From Azolla caroliniana (Eukaryota > Plantae > Polypodiophyta), in contig JBHGNT010000001.1 of assembly GCA_043228905.1 (NCBI GenBank), positions 12,772,001 to 12,836,000 on the forward strand: a stretch of 64,000 nt of DNA, written 5' to 3'. The notes beneath the pieces were generated by a model. It worked only from the letters and a program-made list of their open reading frames with translations. It was not told the DNA's origin and searched no databases. Both the position numbers and the translations under genes were made by a program. Shown here in pieces: positions 10,841-23,703 of this stretch; positions within the stretch are counted from its first letter, which is position 1; each line of letters begins with the position of its first letter.

Positions 10841-11899
10841 ATGGAGTCGGAAGACGATGACCTTGCGGTGATGGTGGCCGAAGTGGTGTTGGAGTCGGCA
10901 CGAGTGGTGATGAGGCGAGAAACAGTGCAACAAGCGGTTGAGCGAGTGGTCGAAAGAGTCGGCCGTTTCAACGGGGATGAAGTCCCATCTTACTTGGAAG
11001 CCTACAACGCGGAAATGGAGGAGCGAGACGTGGACGAAGCGTTGAGGCTGGAGTTCTTTTGTCGGGCTGTCGCCGTCCGTATGCACGCGGAAGTGAAGGA
11101 GCTCCGACAAGCTCATAGTTCGTGGGAGGGCTTTGAAGAGGTGCTCCTGCAGGCATATGGAGGACGGCGGAAGAGCCGGGGACGGCACGACTTCGACCAG
11201 TGGGTAGCATCGACAAAGACCCACCGGGGCGCAACGAAGGCGTTCCGAGAGTTCGAGCAACGGCTTGCTCGGCTCCCGGAGCGGGAACAAGGTTTGGTGG
11301 GGGCGGACAAGGTCCTATTGTTTGTCAGGTCGATCAATCGAGCGGAACGGGAGGCCATCGAGATTGAGCTCGAAGACGACGACAGAGCGAATGGGCTTAC
11401 GGAGGAATGGTCGAAGGTCGGAAGGGTGTGCCAACGGCTAGACGATGAGCGAGCCGAGAAGGCTAAGAGGAAGGGGCGCAACGGCGTGCCATCACAGCGG
11501 GAAGAGGCCGAACGGCAAAGAGAGTCGGCAAGGGTCGGCGTTGGGGCCAGGATTGCGGAGGCATACGCAGCTCTCGAGGCGATGCTCGAGGAAGAGGAAA
11601 GATCGAGGCCGCAAGCCGAGACTGAGGAGACGGACTTGCCCCACGCGATGATGGAAGGTCAGTACGACGGTACCACGGGAGAGGGTGTGGAACAAAACGC
11701 CCTCTCGACTTGCAGAGATAGAACGGCCAAGGACGAGGCTGAGATACCGATCGCGGGATCAGAACATTGGAACCAGCTGTGTCGGGCGTGTCAGCCCGAA
11801 ACCCTGGTCATTGGAGAAGCAAACCAAGACGGGGCTTGCGCGATCGGTAAGGAGACGACCGCCGACCATGAAGAGCTGGTGGCTACGGACAAGGCGTAA
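10841..11899 (+). CDS. gag: Truncated Gag-like protein of element B
   Basis: Starts just after the PBS. Homologous to gag of D (GRFNG/GRFSG, FREFEQR, KVLLFVRSI, GLTEEW). Confidence 0.7.
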   Translation: MESEDDDLAVMVAEVVLESARVVMRRETVQQAVERVVERVGRFNGDEVPSYLEAYNAEMEERDVDEALRLEFFCRAVAVRMHAEVKELRQAHSSWEGFEEVLLQAYGGRRKSRGRHDFDQWVASTKTHRGATKAFREFEQRLARLPEREQGLVGADKVLLFVRSINRAEREAIEIELEDDDRANGLTEEWSKVGRVCQRLDDERAEKAKRKGRNGVPSQREEAERQRESARVGVGARIAEAYAALEAMLEEEERSRPQAETEETDLPHAMMEGQYDGTTGEGVEQNALSTCRDRTAKDEAEIPIAGSEHWNQLCRACQPETLVIGEANQDGACAIGKETTADHEELVATDKA

Positions 11900-13708
11900 A
11901 ACGGATGGGCGATTCTTTGAGCCTTCTCACACTTGCTCCCGAGACGATGGCAGTCGGGCCCGAGTGCCCACGTGAGTCCCAAGCGGAGGAAGGCGGTGGC
12001 GAGAGACCAAGAATCACCGGCGAGACGATACGGGGAAGGAGTAGACGAAAGCCCTCAAACCCGATTTCGGAGAACTCGGCGTTTGGGCCCTTATGCCCAA
12101 GTGAGACCGAGGAGATGGATGACGATATCGAGGAGTCTTGGCACGATGCCAGCGAATATGGATGGGAGAAGGCCCGCGAAAAGGTCAACGAAGAGACCAA
12201 GGAACGACCTGACCGGGGACCGAACCGCGCGATGGTTTTACATGGGGAGAAAGACTGATCGGGCGAAGGTCGGGAATTGGAGGGAAGGTGATCAAAGGTT
12301 CGGAACGAGTTTGGCAAGGTCGGTATCGGAGCCGAAACTCCGGACATTGGAGAATCAAGCTCAGGCGGGGCTTGATTGATCACAGAGCGGGTGCTATCCA
12401 CCGACACCACTAAAAGGGGCGGTGGCCCGGATGAGTTGCAGAAAGACGTTGCGAAATCGGTTACGCCACATCCTATCCGGAGACTTCGGTTGTTCGGCCG
12501 ACGGGGCAACGTAAGACCGAAAGAGATGGAAGATGGAGGCGGGAACGCAGCAAGGAGAGCGGCGACGAGTTACGGAGAAGTACGGGGATGAAGAGGAGAA
12601 TAAAGACCGGTCCCATGAGATCTTCACACCAATCCGGCGGTCGGCCCGAGTGCCGGCGTGAGTCCTATAAGGGAGAGGTCGGTGGCCACAGGAAAACGGG
12701 ACCCGGCAATCCAGAGAATGACGAACGGACCCGGACGAGAATCGGGCGGAGCGAACTCCCAGATAACCATTCTGGGAGGGAGGAAGAGAGCAGGCCTACG
12801 AAGAGGCCGGGAACACGGTACGTCGGTACCACGGGAGAGGGTGTGGAGCAAGCCACCCTCTCGACTTGCGAAAGAAGGAAGACCCGGGATAAGGGTCAAG
12901 GATACGAGGAGCCTAAGGAGGATCCTTCACACTGGATCTAGAGACTTCGGCAGTCGGCAACGCGGTCGACGTAAGACCAAGATACTGACGGTGGCGGTGG
13001 GGGGACAAGGGCGGGCAAACCGAGGTCCCACGAAGATCCTCACACCAATCCGGAGGTCGGCCCGAGTGCCGGCGTGAGTCCTCTAGGGGAGATCGGTGGC
13101 GGCAGGTGAACGTGATTGGACGACGGAAGCAGAGAAAGAAGGTATCAGGCCGGCAAGGCGGCTACAGACCATCTCAAACCTTCCGGTAAGGTGAGTGGGC
13201 GTAAGGGAGTCCGGTCCTACGGGATCCCCACACCAAACCAGAGACTCCGACTGTTCGGCCAACGTGGCAACATGAGACCGAGAGAGGTTGGTGGCGGCGG
13301 GAAATGGGACCCGACTACGCGGAGGACACGAGGAGAATCCAGGAGGGACTCAAACAAAGACACCCTGAATTTCGGCAAGCAAAGAAACGAAGACCGGTCG
13401 TATGGGACCTTCACACCGGTTCCGGAGACTCCGGCTGTTCGGCCAACGTGGCAATGTAAGACCGAGGGAGAAGGAAGGTGGCGGCAAGGAACGGGACCCG
13501 ACATTGACAAAGGCCGGTAAGACGGGGTGGACGAAATGCGAAACCCCTACCGGCCGGTTACGGTTTCAGAAGGAGCCGGTAGGGGCAAACACGGGAGGTG
13601 TGTCGAGCCGAAAAGGCACACCGGGGACGGAACAAGAGTCTCACAAGTGGCCATCGTGGGCCGGATCGAAGCGTGACTACTGGACGGTCTTTAGCACGGG
13701 CGATGCAG

Positions 13709-15098
13709 TACCACGTTGCTACGCGCGTGCATGGAGAAGGGCGGGACCACGGGGGTCTTGGACTAAGGAGTAGAGGAGAAGGAATCGGACATGGAATGGA
13801 AGGTTTGCTCAAGAAGAAGAAGAAGAAGAATGAACAAGAGATTAGATCCAACAAGGGGAAGATGGAGACAAGATGATCAACAAGATATGTTAAAACGAAA
13901 TGAACGATTACAAAATGGTGGTCGCGTAGGCCGCACCAAACGACTACTCGAAACCCTAACCGACGAAGATGAAGATAAAGATCAAGAAACCCTAACCCTA
14001 ACCCTAACGCTCGACCTATGTGGTATACCTCGCACACTCAGAATAGGCAATCCCCACAATGGCGCTTTCCCTCTCCTTTTATAGCACAAGGAGGGAAGAC
14101 CGTTTACAAAAGTGAGACTAAAAAAAATTCCCCTTTCATTCAAAGGGAATATTTGCCTTGATTTGGGGTGGGTGAGATTGATGGCCCCCTTAACTCCCAC
14201 CTTCTCACAAACAACTAGGTACCTATGTATCGCATAGTACCTCTCTCTCTCTCTCGCGTGGATGTGCGCACAAGACCACATCACCTTTATACCTTAGGGA
14301 TCTTATGGGGCATTTCTAGCACCATACCCTTTACCCTTATTACTATTACAAATACATTATGTACGTGTGCAACGTTGCACATCGCTCTTTGGCTCTCGTT
14401 GCTCGGGTTTCCGCTTGTGGACAAAAATCTTCACGACATTCGCCCCCACCTAACCGCACATCCACCGGTATGTGCCAAAACATAGGGGAGAGAACACGAG
14501 ATTTTCGGCCAGGATGACCGACCGAGTCCTTAGCGTCCTCGTGGGCCCGCCCGGTTTTGTCTTCCACTTCGAGCAAGACCACCCCGTCCACACGAACCAC
14601 CGCCGCCTTCCAGTCCACCATCCTCGCCGAATGGTCTCGAACTGTCGGCACCATCCGATCCGCCACACTCGACGATGTTCGCCGAGTCGTTGCCTCCACC
14701 CGATCCACCACGTCCACCGTGGGTTCTCGAACCACCGACTACATCCGACCCGCCGTATCCGATTCTCGTGCTTTCATCCCCGTTCGGTTCTCCCGAACGT
14801 CGTCGCCGACCCGGTTGCTCTTCCTTTGTCTGCCTCGTATATCCTCCGGATGCACTCCCGTTCGCATGCCGGATTCCGCCCTTTGCGTGCCGCGCACCTC
14901 GGCGTGCCGACTCTCTCCGCTCCGCGGTTGCCTTCCGTAGGCTTTCCCGTTTGTTCTCCGTGCTCTCTCGCGGTAGAGCGTGCCATCACCCCGTCCATCT
15001 TCATGGCTCTCGTTACCGCTTCGCCTCGACCCGCGCCCTCTGGGCCCGATTGGCCTCGCATGTCCTTCGGGACACCGCGTTTTCTCTTCCCGGTGCGT
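13709..15098 (-). mobile_element. Element C: 3' LTR (13709-14438), PPT and 3' internal fragment of a non-autonomous Trp-primed element
   Basis: LTR and adjacent internal region homologous to C2 (51880-52900). PPT on minus at 14439-14450. Confidence 0.85.
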
Positions 15099-15748
15099 TA
15101 TCGTGAAGAAAACCGTCCACGAGCAGAATCGTTGCGCCGGAGCATAGGAACCGGCTCTTCATGCACGTACGCCTTGTGTTGTACATAAGAGAGAATTAGG
15201 GACATGGAAGATCCTAGGTAGGTAGGAAGTTAATAGGAAACGGCTCCCTTCTTGCCTATAAAAGGAGGGAGATGAGGAGGAGGAAGGGATCGCGGAATCA
15301 GAGAAGGGGAAGTGTTGTCAGGTTGTGGGGGGGGGAAGGCTTCTCTCTCTGCCAAGCTCCGTAGCTTCGTTCTGTGCAGGTTTCGGGAGGCTCGCGCTGC
15401 TCTGAGGAATGCCCGAGTGCTTCCGGCAGCACCTCCAACCTACTTCTTCGTTTCTGTACGTTTACGAACAGGCATCAGCATCTGTTCGCCGGCCTGTTTG
15501 ATTGTAACCAACGTCGTGCTTCTTGTTGTTTGTCTTGTTAACATATATATATATACATACATTCGCGTCTCTCTGTGTCGGTGTCCCACTCGCGTCTTTG
15601 TTCTGAAGGGCCATGTCCCTTCCCTTCTCCTTTCTCTCTTGCTCTTCGGTACAAGACCCCCGAGGTCCCGCCTCATTCCACACATCCGCGAGGAATACCT
15701 TGACATCTTGGTGAACCCGACGTGAAGGAGGCGGCAGAAGAACAGAAG

Positions 15749-17875
15749 ATGAAGGGGTCGGATCTTGCGGAGGCCATGGCTTCGGCCGTGGATCGGATAT
15801 TGAGCGCACGCGAGGGCACCGGCGCCCTCGAGAGAGCCATTGAGGTGGTCGTCGGTACGATCGGCCGGTTCAGCGGAAAGGTTGCCACGAAGTATTTGGC
15901 GTCCTACGGGGCAGAAATGCTGATGCGGGACATTCCGGAAGAGAGGCGTCTTGCCGGGTTTCCTCGAGTGGCGATGCCGAGCATCCATGCGGAGGTGCTC
16001 GAGGTGCGGGCGGAGAGCCGTACCTGGGAGGAGTTCGAAGGCCGACTCCTAGAAAAATACGGGCTGGACGACGCGCTCCGGCTTTCGAAACGAGACTTCA
16101 TGGAATGGGTGGAGTCCCCCGGCAAGGGAAGAAACGCGTCGGCACTCCTTCGGGAGTTCGAAGAACGCTTTGCTCGCCTTTCGGCGCTTGACCGAACTGT
16201 TCTGGATACGAGTCGGGTCCTACTGTTCATTAAGTCGGTGGACGAGCGTGATCGGGATCAAGTCGGCTCCTTGCTGGAAACCGAAGACGGGCTGACGACC
16301 GACTGGGCTGCGGTTAAGAGAGTCTGTGGCCGTTTCGACAAACGGCGAGAATGGGCTGACAACGGGGCGGCTGGTGCGGGCTCTGTCACAGCAAGGAGGC
16401 TTGAACCGGCACCGCAAGGGCGAAGGGAAGAAACCCGGGAATGGCTCGAAACCGGTCCGGCTTCGACCGGCATGGTCAGTGGCTCGTTCGAAGGAGCAGC
16501 GCTGGAGGAGTTGACGCGGGTGATAAAGGATCTCCAGATCGCCCAGACTCGAAGGGAAGGCGGCGAACCGGCTCGTGACCGACGACCGGCAGCAGGGAAC
16601 AGGTGCATGTGGTGCGACGAGGTCGGCCACATCCGGAAGGATTGCGGTGATTTCGCAGAAGCGTTGAGGAACCGGGTGGTGTACCTGTGGGAAGGCCGGG
16701 TGCACGCCGGCGACACCTGAAGGGCCCTAAACCGAAACGACGGGCGAGGAGGTATGAAGAGATTGATGGAAGAGGCAGCGGCCCGACACGTGGAGGCCAT
16801 CCACTACTCGGCGTCGGCCGGCATTCGGGTCGGGGGCAGCGAGGCCCGAAAGGAGGGCAAAGACGGATTCTGGTCGGCAATGCTGGAAGGTCTTGCCGGT
16901 GCACGGCTAAGGAAAGATGAAACAGACCGCGCTGAGAGACGGGTCCGGGAAATAACCGGGTGGAGCGATCCGGTCGAGGAGAAGACGGGCTTCGTAGAAG
17001 CCGCCTGTCGGAACTACGAGGCTCTAGTAGAAGACAAACGAGTGGGGAAAGCCGGAGCAGCCGGGCCCTCACAACGGTACGAGACCCGATTCGGGCAACG
17101 ACGGAATGATGCCGGTGGGTCCAGCTCGCAAGATAACCCCAGGAAGGGCGGATACCGACTGGGGACGGAAATAGAAAGGACTACGGACCTACGAAAGGTC
17201 CTAGAAGAACGGATCCTCGACAGCAAGGTGAAGCTGTCATTGCGGGAGGTGCTAGGGATCGCCAAGAAGGAGTTCCACGACTCCATTGTGAACCTGGTGA
17301 CACGGAAGAGGCTGTCGACAGAGACGGAACCGGAAAGACCGGTGGAGGTGCGGACGATGCACATCGACGACATGGCGCTGGAAGATGAGTGGGCGGAGAG
17401 CCACTATTCAAGGCCGCACTGGGCCCAAGCGACCACGGAGACCCCGGTAAAGATCGGAGATGTTCAGGAACCGGTGGTGGCATTGGTGGACCATGGTTCG
17501 GAAATAAACCTGATGTCCATGGACTTCTATAAGAAGGGAAAGTGGCCGATCAACACCAAGCACGGGTGGAAGATACGGGCGGCGACGAATGCCACCGAGG
17601 AACTGCACGGGGCCTGCCCGAACGTGCGAGTCAAGATTGGCGACGTCGAGATTGACCAGCACTTCTTCATACAGGAGACGTCCTCGCACCCGATCATATT
17701 AGGGGAACCATACATCATGGCGGTGCGAATGGAGACCAAGGTGCTAGACAACGGTTCGGCCTATGCGAGGGTCAAAAGCCAGGACGGGCGCCATTCGGTC
17801 CAATTTCTGACGGTGCGACCGAACCACGAGCGGAACCGCGAATCCCTCGGTGGCGAGAACCGGGAGGATTTTTAG
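15749..17875 (+). pseudogene. gag: gag-protease of D (one in-frame TGA at 16718-16720)
   Basis: CMWCDEVGHIRKDC zinc knuckle and LVDHGSEINLM protease motif. ORFs 15722-16720 and 16754-17875 are in the same frame. Confidence 0.85.
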
Positions 17876-17919
17876 AGAGGGCTGCCAAGGCGTGGGGCCG
17901 AGACAGTCCGGACACTCGG
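17866..17919 (+). promoter_or_regulatory. Putative -1 ribosomal frameshift signal (G_GAU_UUU plus H-type pseudoknot)
   Basis: Heptamer immediately before the gag-pro stop, -1 frame open into RT, stems 17879-84/17904-09 and 17898-902/17915-19. Confidence 0.6.
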
Positions 17920-20900
17920 GAAAGACCCCACAGCTGTACGATGGAACTGAAACCGAAGAAACCTTGTACGATAGGTAGAAAATTCTGCTTCTCCAACAAC
18001 GGAGGGTGTATGATAGTCGGCATCGTTGGCCGAGAAAGGGCGAGGGCGGAGGAGCGACTTCGAGCGTGCGGAGTTCTCGGCCCGGACGAGGAAATCAGCG
18101 GGGCCGTGGAGGCGGTCTCCTTCGACGACACCTTGGGGATGCTGAGGAAGGTAGCCGGAGAAGACCTTAACGAAGACCGGACGATACCGGTATGTTCTGA
18201 AAAGATGTACGAAGTCATCGCGAATTTCAGCCAGAGGCTCCGGTCGGATCGGACGGCCCGAGTTAGCACGAAGTACAAGACTGTGGACCGGAAGGTAAGG
18301 CCAGTCGCGGCACCCTTACCGGAGGGTAGCGAGTCCCGAATCAGAGGGGTTGCGTCGGATCCCAGTTTACGAGATCCGGCCTGCATAGGACACACCTTCA
18401 CCGACGAGACGCTTCGGGAGCTCAAGATCGGTGGGGGCGGGTTCCTACTGCCGGCGGAGGAAGACCGGTTTCAGAGAATGCTCGAAAGGCATGGAAAGGC
18501 CTTCGTATTCTCACCGGAAGAGATCGGGTGCGTAGACCCGACGATCGTGGAGCCGATGGTGATATTCACGGTACCGCATGTGCCGTGGAATCTCAAACTG
18601 ATTCCAGTACCGAGAGCTCACATCCCTGAGTTGATGGAGCTACTGAGGCAGAAAGTCAATATGGGTATTCTCGAACCGTCGAGCGCGCCATACTTGAACC
18701 GATGGTTTACCGTACCAAAGAAAAACGGAACATTGCGCTTCATTCAGGACCTGCAGCCGGTCAACAGAGTGACCATTCGGAACGCAGGAATCGGACCGAC
18801 CATAGACGAGTTCGCGGAGGCCTTCGCCGGAAGGTCGATTTACTCGGTCGGTGATCTGTACTCGGGGTACGACCAGTTCCAGCTAGCCGTGGAGAGCAGA
18901 GACATTACGACGATGCGAACTCCCCTCGGCCTAGTGCGAATGTGTACCCTGCCACAAGGAGGGACCAACTCGGTGGCCCACATGGTGAATGCAATGAACA
19001 AGGTACTGAGGGATTGCATCCCGGACATTACCATGCCATTTCTGGACGACATCCCGATAAAGGGGTGCCCGGTGGAAGAGAAGGACGAGACAGTCGGGCC
19101 GGATGGATGCCGGCGATTCGTGGCAACACACATTGACGACTGCGAGAAGGTGCTACAAAGGCTAGAGGATGCGAGGCTCACCTTCTCCGGGGAGAAATCG
19201 GCCTTCGGGCAATCAGAAATCCTGGTGGTCGGACACCTGTGTGGACCGTATGGCCGGAAGCCGTCTCCGGCAAAAGTAGAAGCCATCTCCGCGATGAAGA
19301 CCGACTGTAGCTCGGTTACGGAAGTTCAGAGGTTCCTGGGGGCATGAGTGTTCTACCACATATGGATCCCGCATTACGCCCATGTTGTGGAGCCGCTATA
19401 TGGGTTGCAGAAAAAGGGGCGAAAATTCGAGTGGCGAGACGAGCACACGGAGTCGGTCCGGAAGCTAAAGGAAGCTCTTGCGGCAGCACCGGCGCTCCGG
19501 AAGGCTGTCTACGAGAAGGGTACCCCGGTATACATAACGGTGGATACGAGCCCGACCGGGATCGGATGGGTCGTCAACCAAGAAGACGAGGATGGCACCC
19601 AGTTCCCGATCCGATTCGGCGCAAAGGTTCTCAGTGAGCGACAGCGAGGGTACGCCTAGGTTAAACGCGAACTCTGGGGTATCGTTTCGACAGTAAAGGC
19701 CGACAAAGACTACCTGATCGGGACAGAAGTGATTATCGAGACGGATAGCCTGCCAATTCTCGGCATGGTTTCCGGATGCGCGACACCGGACCTGGCGATG
19801 CTCAGGTGGATAGCGTACATCAAGTCCCTGGGCCCGGAAATACGGCACATTTCCGGAAAGAACAACGCCATGGCCGACATGCTTTCGAGGGCGAGGTTTG
19901 ATGACGAGGGCGGCATGGTTTCGGAGGACGAAGAAGTCAGCGTGGACTTCTTCAAGGCGGCGTACGCAACGACCGATGGGACGAGCACTCCGGCACTTAA
20001 CGGCTTCGACGAGAGCAAGTACGACGGCGAGTGCCTGCGGATCGGTGGTTTCTTGAGGACAATGAGGCCGGATGCGTCGTGGACGAGAGACGAGGCCAAC
20101 CGGATCCGGAAGAAAGCTTACCAATTCTTTCTCTGGGACGGATACTTATGGAAGCACCCGAAGAAGAGGAACGACGTCCTGCTCCGGGTGGTGGCGATGA
20201 AGGAAGAACAGGAGGAGCTGCTGACGGCCTACCACGACAGCCCTTGGGCTGGACACCGTGGAACGTGGGCCACGTTCGAGAAGATAAAAGGGAAGTACTG
20301 GTGGCCGGGACTGTACCGGGACGTGCATCGGTTCGTGACAACTTGCGAGAGTTGTCAGATGCACTCCATAGTCCGGCATCGGGACGAGCTTCACCCTACG
20401 TACCCTCCGACCATCCACTTCAAATGGATGGTAGATCTGGTGACGATGCCGATGGGCGTAGGACAGATGCGGTATCTCGTCCTGGCTCGGGAAGATCTGA
20501 CGAACCAGGTGGAAGGCCGAACCCTTCAGAACAAAACGACCGCAGCCGTATGTCGGTTCCTGATCGAGGACGTGATATGCCGGTACGGGTGCGTCGGGAA
20601 GATCGTGGCTGATCGCGGGGAGTTGGACGCCGAAGAGGCCGAGGAGTTGTTCGACCGGCTAGGAGTCAAGCTCTCGCTTACCACTGCGTACAATCTGGAG
20701 GCGAATGGGAAGGACACGGACCGATCGTCAAGGCGTTAGTTCGGGCATGCGGAGGGCAAGTCGGGAACTGGCCGCGGCTGCTACCTTACGCGTTGTGGGT
20801 TGACTGAACTACGCACAGTTCGGTAACCGGATTCATGCCGACAGAGCTCATGTTTGGGCAGAAGCCGATCATGCCGATGGAACGTACAATCTCCTCGTGG

Positions 20901-21359
20901 GCAACCGTGGACTGGAGAGACGAGATGAGCCGGGAGGAACTGTTGGCGGCGCGCATACGGTAGCTCGAGCGAAGACCGGAGGACGTGGAGCAGGCTACGG
21001 AAAAGCTTCGGGTGGCAAGGACGAGGAACAAAGCCCGGTTCAACCGAACGCACCGGCTACGACCAAAGAAGATCGAGGAAGGCGACTGGGTGCTAGTCTA
21101 TGACAGCAGCCTCGACAACCAGCACCGAGCAACACAGAAGTTCGCAAGAAGGTGGTTCGGGCCTTACGTGGTACAAAGTGCCAATGACAACGGGATGTAC
21201 CATCTGGCGGAACTCGACGGCACGAGAATGGCGATACCGGTAGCTCGGAAGCGGATCAAAGAGTTCAAGAAGCGTCACGACGACGAGCCGGATCCGGTTA
21301 ACCTGGACCGGAACGACGAACGATCCGAAACCGAGGAAGAACCGACGGGCGGGGAATGA
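17873..21359 (+). pseudogene. pol: RT-RNase H-integrase of D with premature stops and a frameshift
   Basis: FLDD, VDTSPTGIG, ADMLSR, H-H-C-C, ADRGE and WFGPY motifs. Stops at 19345, 19657 and ~20960, frameshift at ~20715. Confidence 0.9.
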
Positions 21360-23703
21360 AGGCTGGACCGGTTTTCTCGGTCCCAACTCAATTTGGCGCA
21401 TGCCGGTGGATGTGCGGTTAGGTGGGGGCGGATGTCGTGAAGAAAACCGTCCACGAGCGGAATCGGTGCGCCAGAGCATAGGAACCGGCTCTTCATGCAC
21501 GTACGCCTTGTGTTGTACATAAGAGAGAATTAGGGACATGGAAGATCCTAGGTAGGTAGGAAGTTAATAGGAAACGGCTCCCTTCTTGCCTATAAAAGGA
21601 GGGAGACGAGGAGGAGGAAGGGATCGCGGAATCAGAGAAGGGGAAGTGGTGTCGGGTTGTGGGGGGGGAAGGCTTCTCTCTTTGCCAAGCTCCGTAGCTT
21701 CGTTTTGTGCAGGTTTCGGGAGGCTCGCGTTGCTCTGAGGAATGCCCGAGTGCTTCCGGCAGCACCTCCAACCTACTTCTTCGTTTCTGTACGTTTACGA
21801 ACAGGCATCGGCATCTGTTCGCCGGCCTGTTCGATTGTAACCAACGTCGTGCTTCTTGTTGTTTGTCTTGTTAACATATATATATACATACATTTGCGTC
21901 TCTCTGTGTCGGTGTCCCACTCGCGTCTTTGTGCTGAAGGGCCGTGTCCCTGTGAATCTACGCTCGCACGTAGTGGGTCCCTTCCCTTCTCCTTTCTCTC
22001 TTGCTCTTCGGTACAAGACCCCCGAGGTCCCGCCTCATTCCATGCATCCGCGAGGAATACCTCGACAGCGGAAGTACGCGTACTATGGAGATCACGGCGA
22101 AGGACCCATCGACGGGTCGAACGAGCCTACGGAGAGGTAAGCGCGAAGGGAGAACCGCAGCCAACGGGTCAAACCGGCAGCAAGCCGGGATGCGGATTAC
22201 GGAAGACCGGTTTCTCATCGGCCGAAATCTCTCACCCTTCAACCAGATTTTGCACGTACCGGTGGACGTGCGGTTAGGTGGGGGCGGATGTTGAGAAGAA
22301 TTTCGGCCAGAGGCGGAAACCGGGAAATATTGGCTACATCGGCGGGGTGCACCATGTGCACTCACCCTCGTGTAATTGTGTGAATAATAGAAGTTAAGTC
22401 GGGACGAAGAATCCCATGTAAATCGAGATTTATCCCACATTGTAACGCATCCCTCTCCTTGTTCTATAAAAGGAAGGGATGGTCCCTTGTAGAAGGGTTG
22501 CCCATTTTGTATTAGTAGGGTATACCGTTAGACGGAGTGACGTTCTCCCTCTCTCTCTCTCTTGTTTTAGGGTTTCTTCTTCTTGCTCCCCTCTTTTCTT
22601 TTCTTCTTCTTCATCCTTCTGTGCATCGAGCCTTGGCATCTAGCGTTACAGTTTTCTGCCCTGTACTCTGTTCTCTCTCTCTCTCTCTCTCTCTCCCTCC
22701 GGTTGCTTCTTGGGTGCCCCGAAAGGAGTGAAGCGCGGTTTCCTACGCTCCATCACTCCCTAGTCCAAGACCCCCGTGGTCCCGCCTTTCTCCACGCACG
22801 CGCGTAACAACGCGACACCGCGCCAGTTGTTTTGTCCAGAGATTCCGGTTTTGTTGTCTCTCGCTCCGGTGTTGGTATATGGTCCGACTTGTCGTCTTCT
22901 AGGCCGTCTGGGGTATCGTGGCTACTACGATAATTCGATTGGATGCTGTGGTCGCCGTTCGAATCTGATTTGATGGTGGAGAGCGCTTCCGAATCACCGT
23001 TTCTTGTGGCAAGTGTTTGCAGAATCGACTCCGCTTCCTGCAAACTGCTCAAACTGCTTCCTTCGTCCGGGTGGTGGTTCTGTTGCAATCGAAGTGACTC
23101 CTCCGCGACCTGTCGAATTACTCTAGAAAAAGACCGATCTGACCGGATCTACTCAGCCGCCCGCTGGTAAGCCTTTCGTTTCCGTAGTCACTCGGCCAGT
23201 CTTTTGCTCGTTCGGCGACTAGGTCGTTCGTTGGCCTAGTCATCCATTCCCCCACTGTTCAATGCTTTCTACAGGAATCATGGTCGCCAAAACTGTGTTA
23301 ATCCCAAGCTGGACAAGCCACTAACACAAGTTGTCCTTCTGGAACATTTCACCAAAGGGGTGGTACGGTAAGGAATGGGAAGACCGTAACACAGAACCGA
23401 TCCTCTCCGATTGTTATTCGGATCAATCATTAAGCACAGAACGGAAATGACAAGATAAACAAGATATGAAAATAACAACACTTCTCTATTAATTATCCGT
23501 CCCTAGTTACATCATATCCGGATCCTTTTATAGGTATCCGACTGTGTTACAAACTGGTGCCACCGACAACCGGCTACGAACTAGTCTATATCCAGATCGG
23601 CATACCGATTCCGAGTCTGTCTGTCTGATCTTATAATTATCATAATTAATTCTAATTACAACTCCCTTTATCCCAAAAATGGCTCCCCTTTCATACTTTG
23701 GCC

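Larger units (their letters stand above)
15099..22067 (+). mobile_element. Full-length (decayed) autonomous tRNA-Trp-primed Gypsy element D
   Basis: LTRs 15099-15705 and 21433-22067, 18-nt PBS TGGTGAACCCGACGTGAA at 15709, PPT at 21421-21432, gag-pro and RT-RH-IN. Confidence 0.93.
10008..22817 (+). mobile_element. Non-autonomous tRNA-Trp-primed Gypsy element B
   Basis: LTRs 10008-10803 and 22289-22817, 4-bp TSD CCGC, PBS TGGTGAACCCGGCGTGAA at 10808, PPT GGTGGGGGCGGA before 22289, gag-like ORF only. Confidence 0.88.
3747..23660 (-). mobile_element. Old non-chromovirus Gypsy element A, fragmented by three nested insertions
   Basis: Minus-strand RT (3747-4012, VPKKNGNIWVCVDYRKLN), protease (IVDGGSG|VNVIS split by the 4782-8182 insertion), gag zinc knuckle CYYCQQDGHYNNQC (~8650-8700), gag 9050-10007 and 22822-23250, PBS TGGCGACCA (23281-23289, tRNA-Arg-like), 5' LTR ~23294-23660. 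Confidence 0.82.

Noticed and set aside
11883-15200. Many 60-240-aa ORFs in the interiors of B and C
   Set aside because: Expected in GC-rich repetitive sequence; they overlap in all frames and have no motifs.
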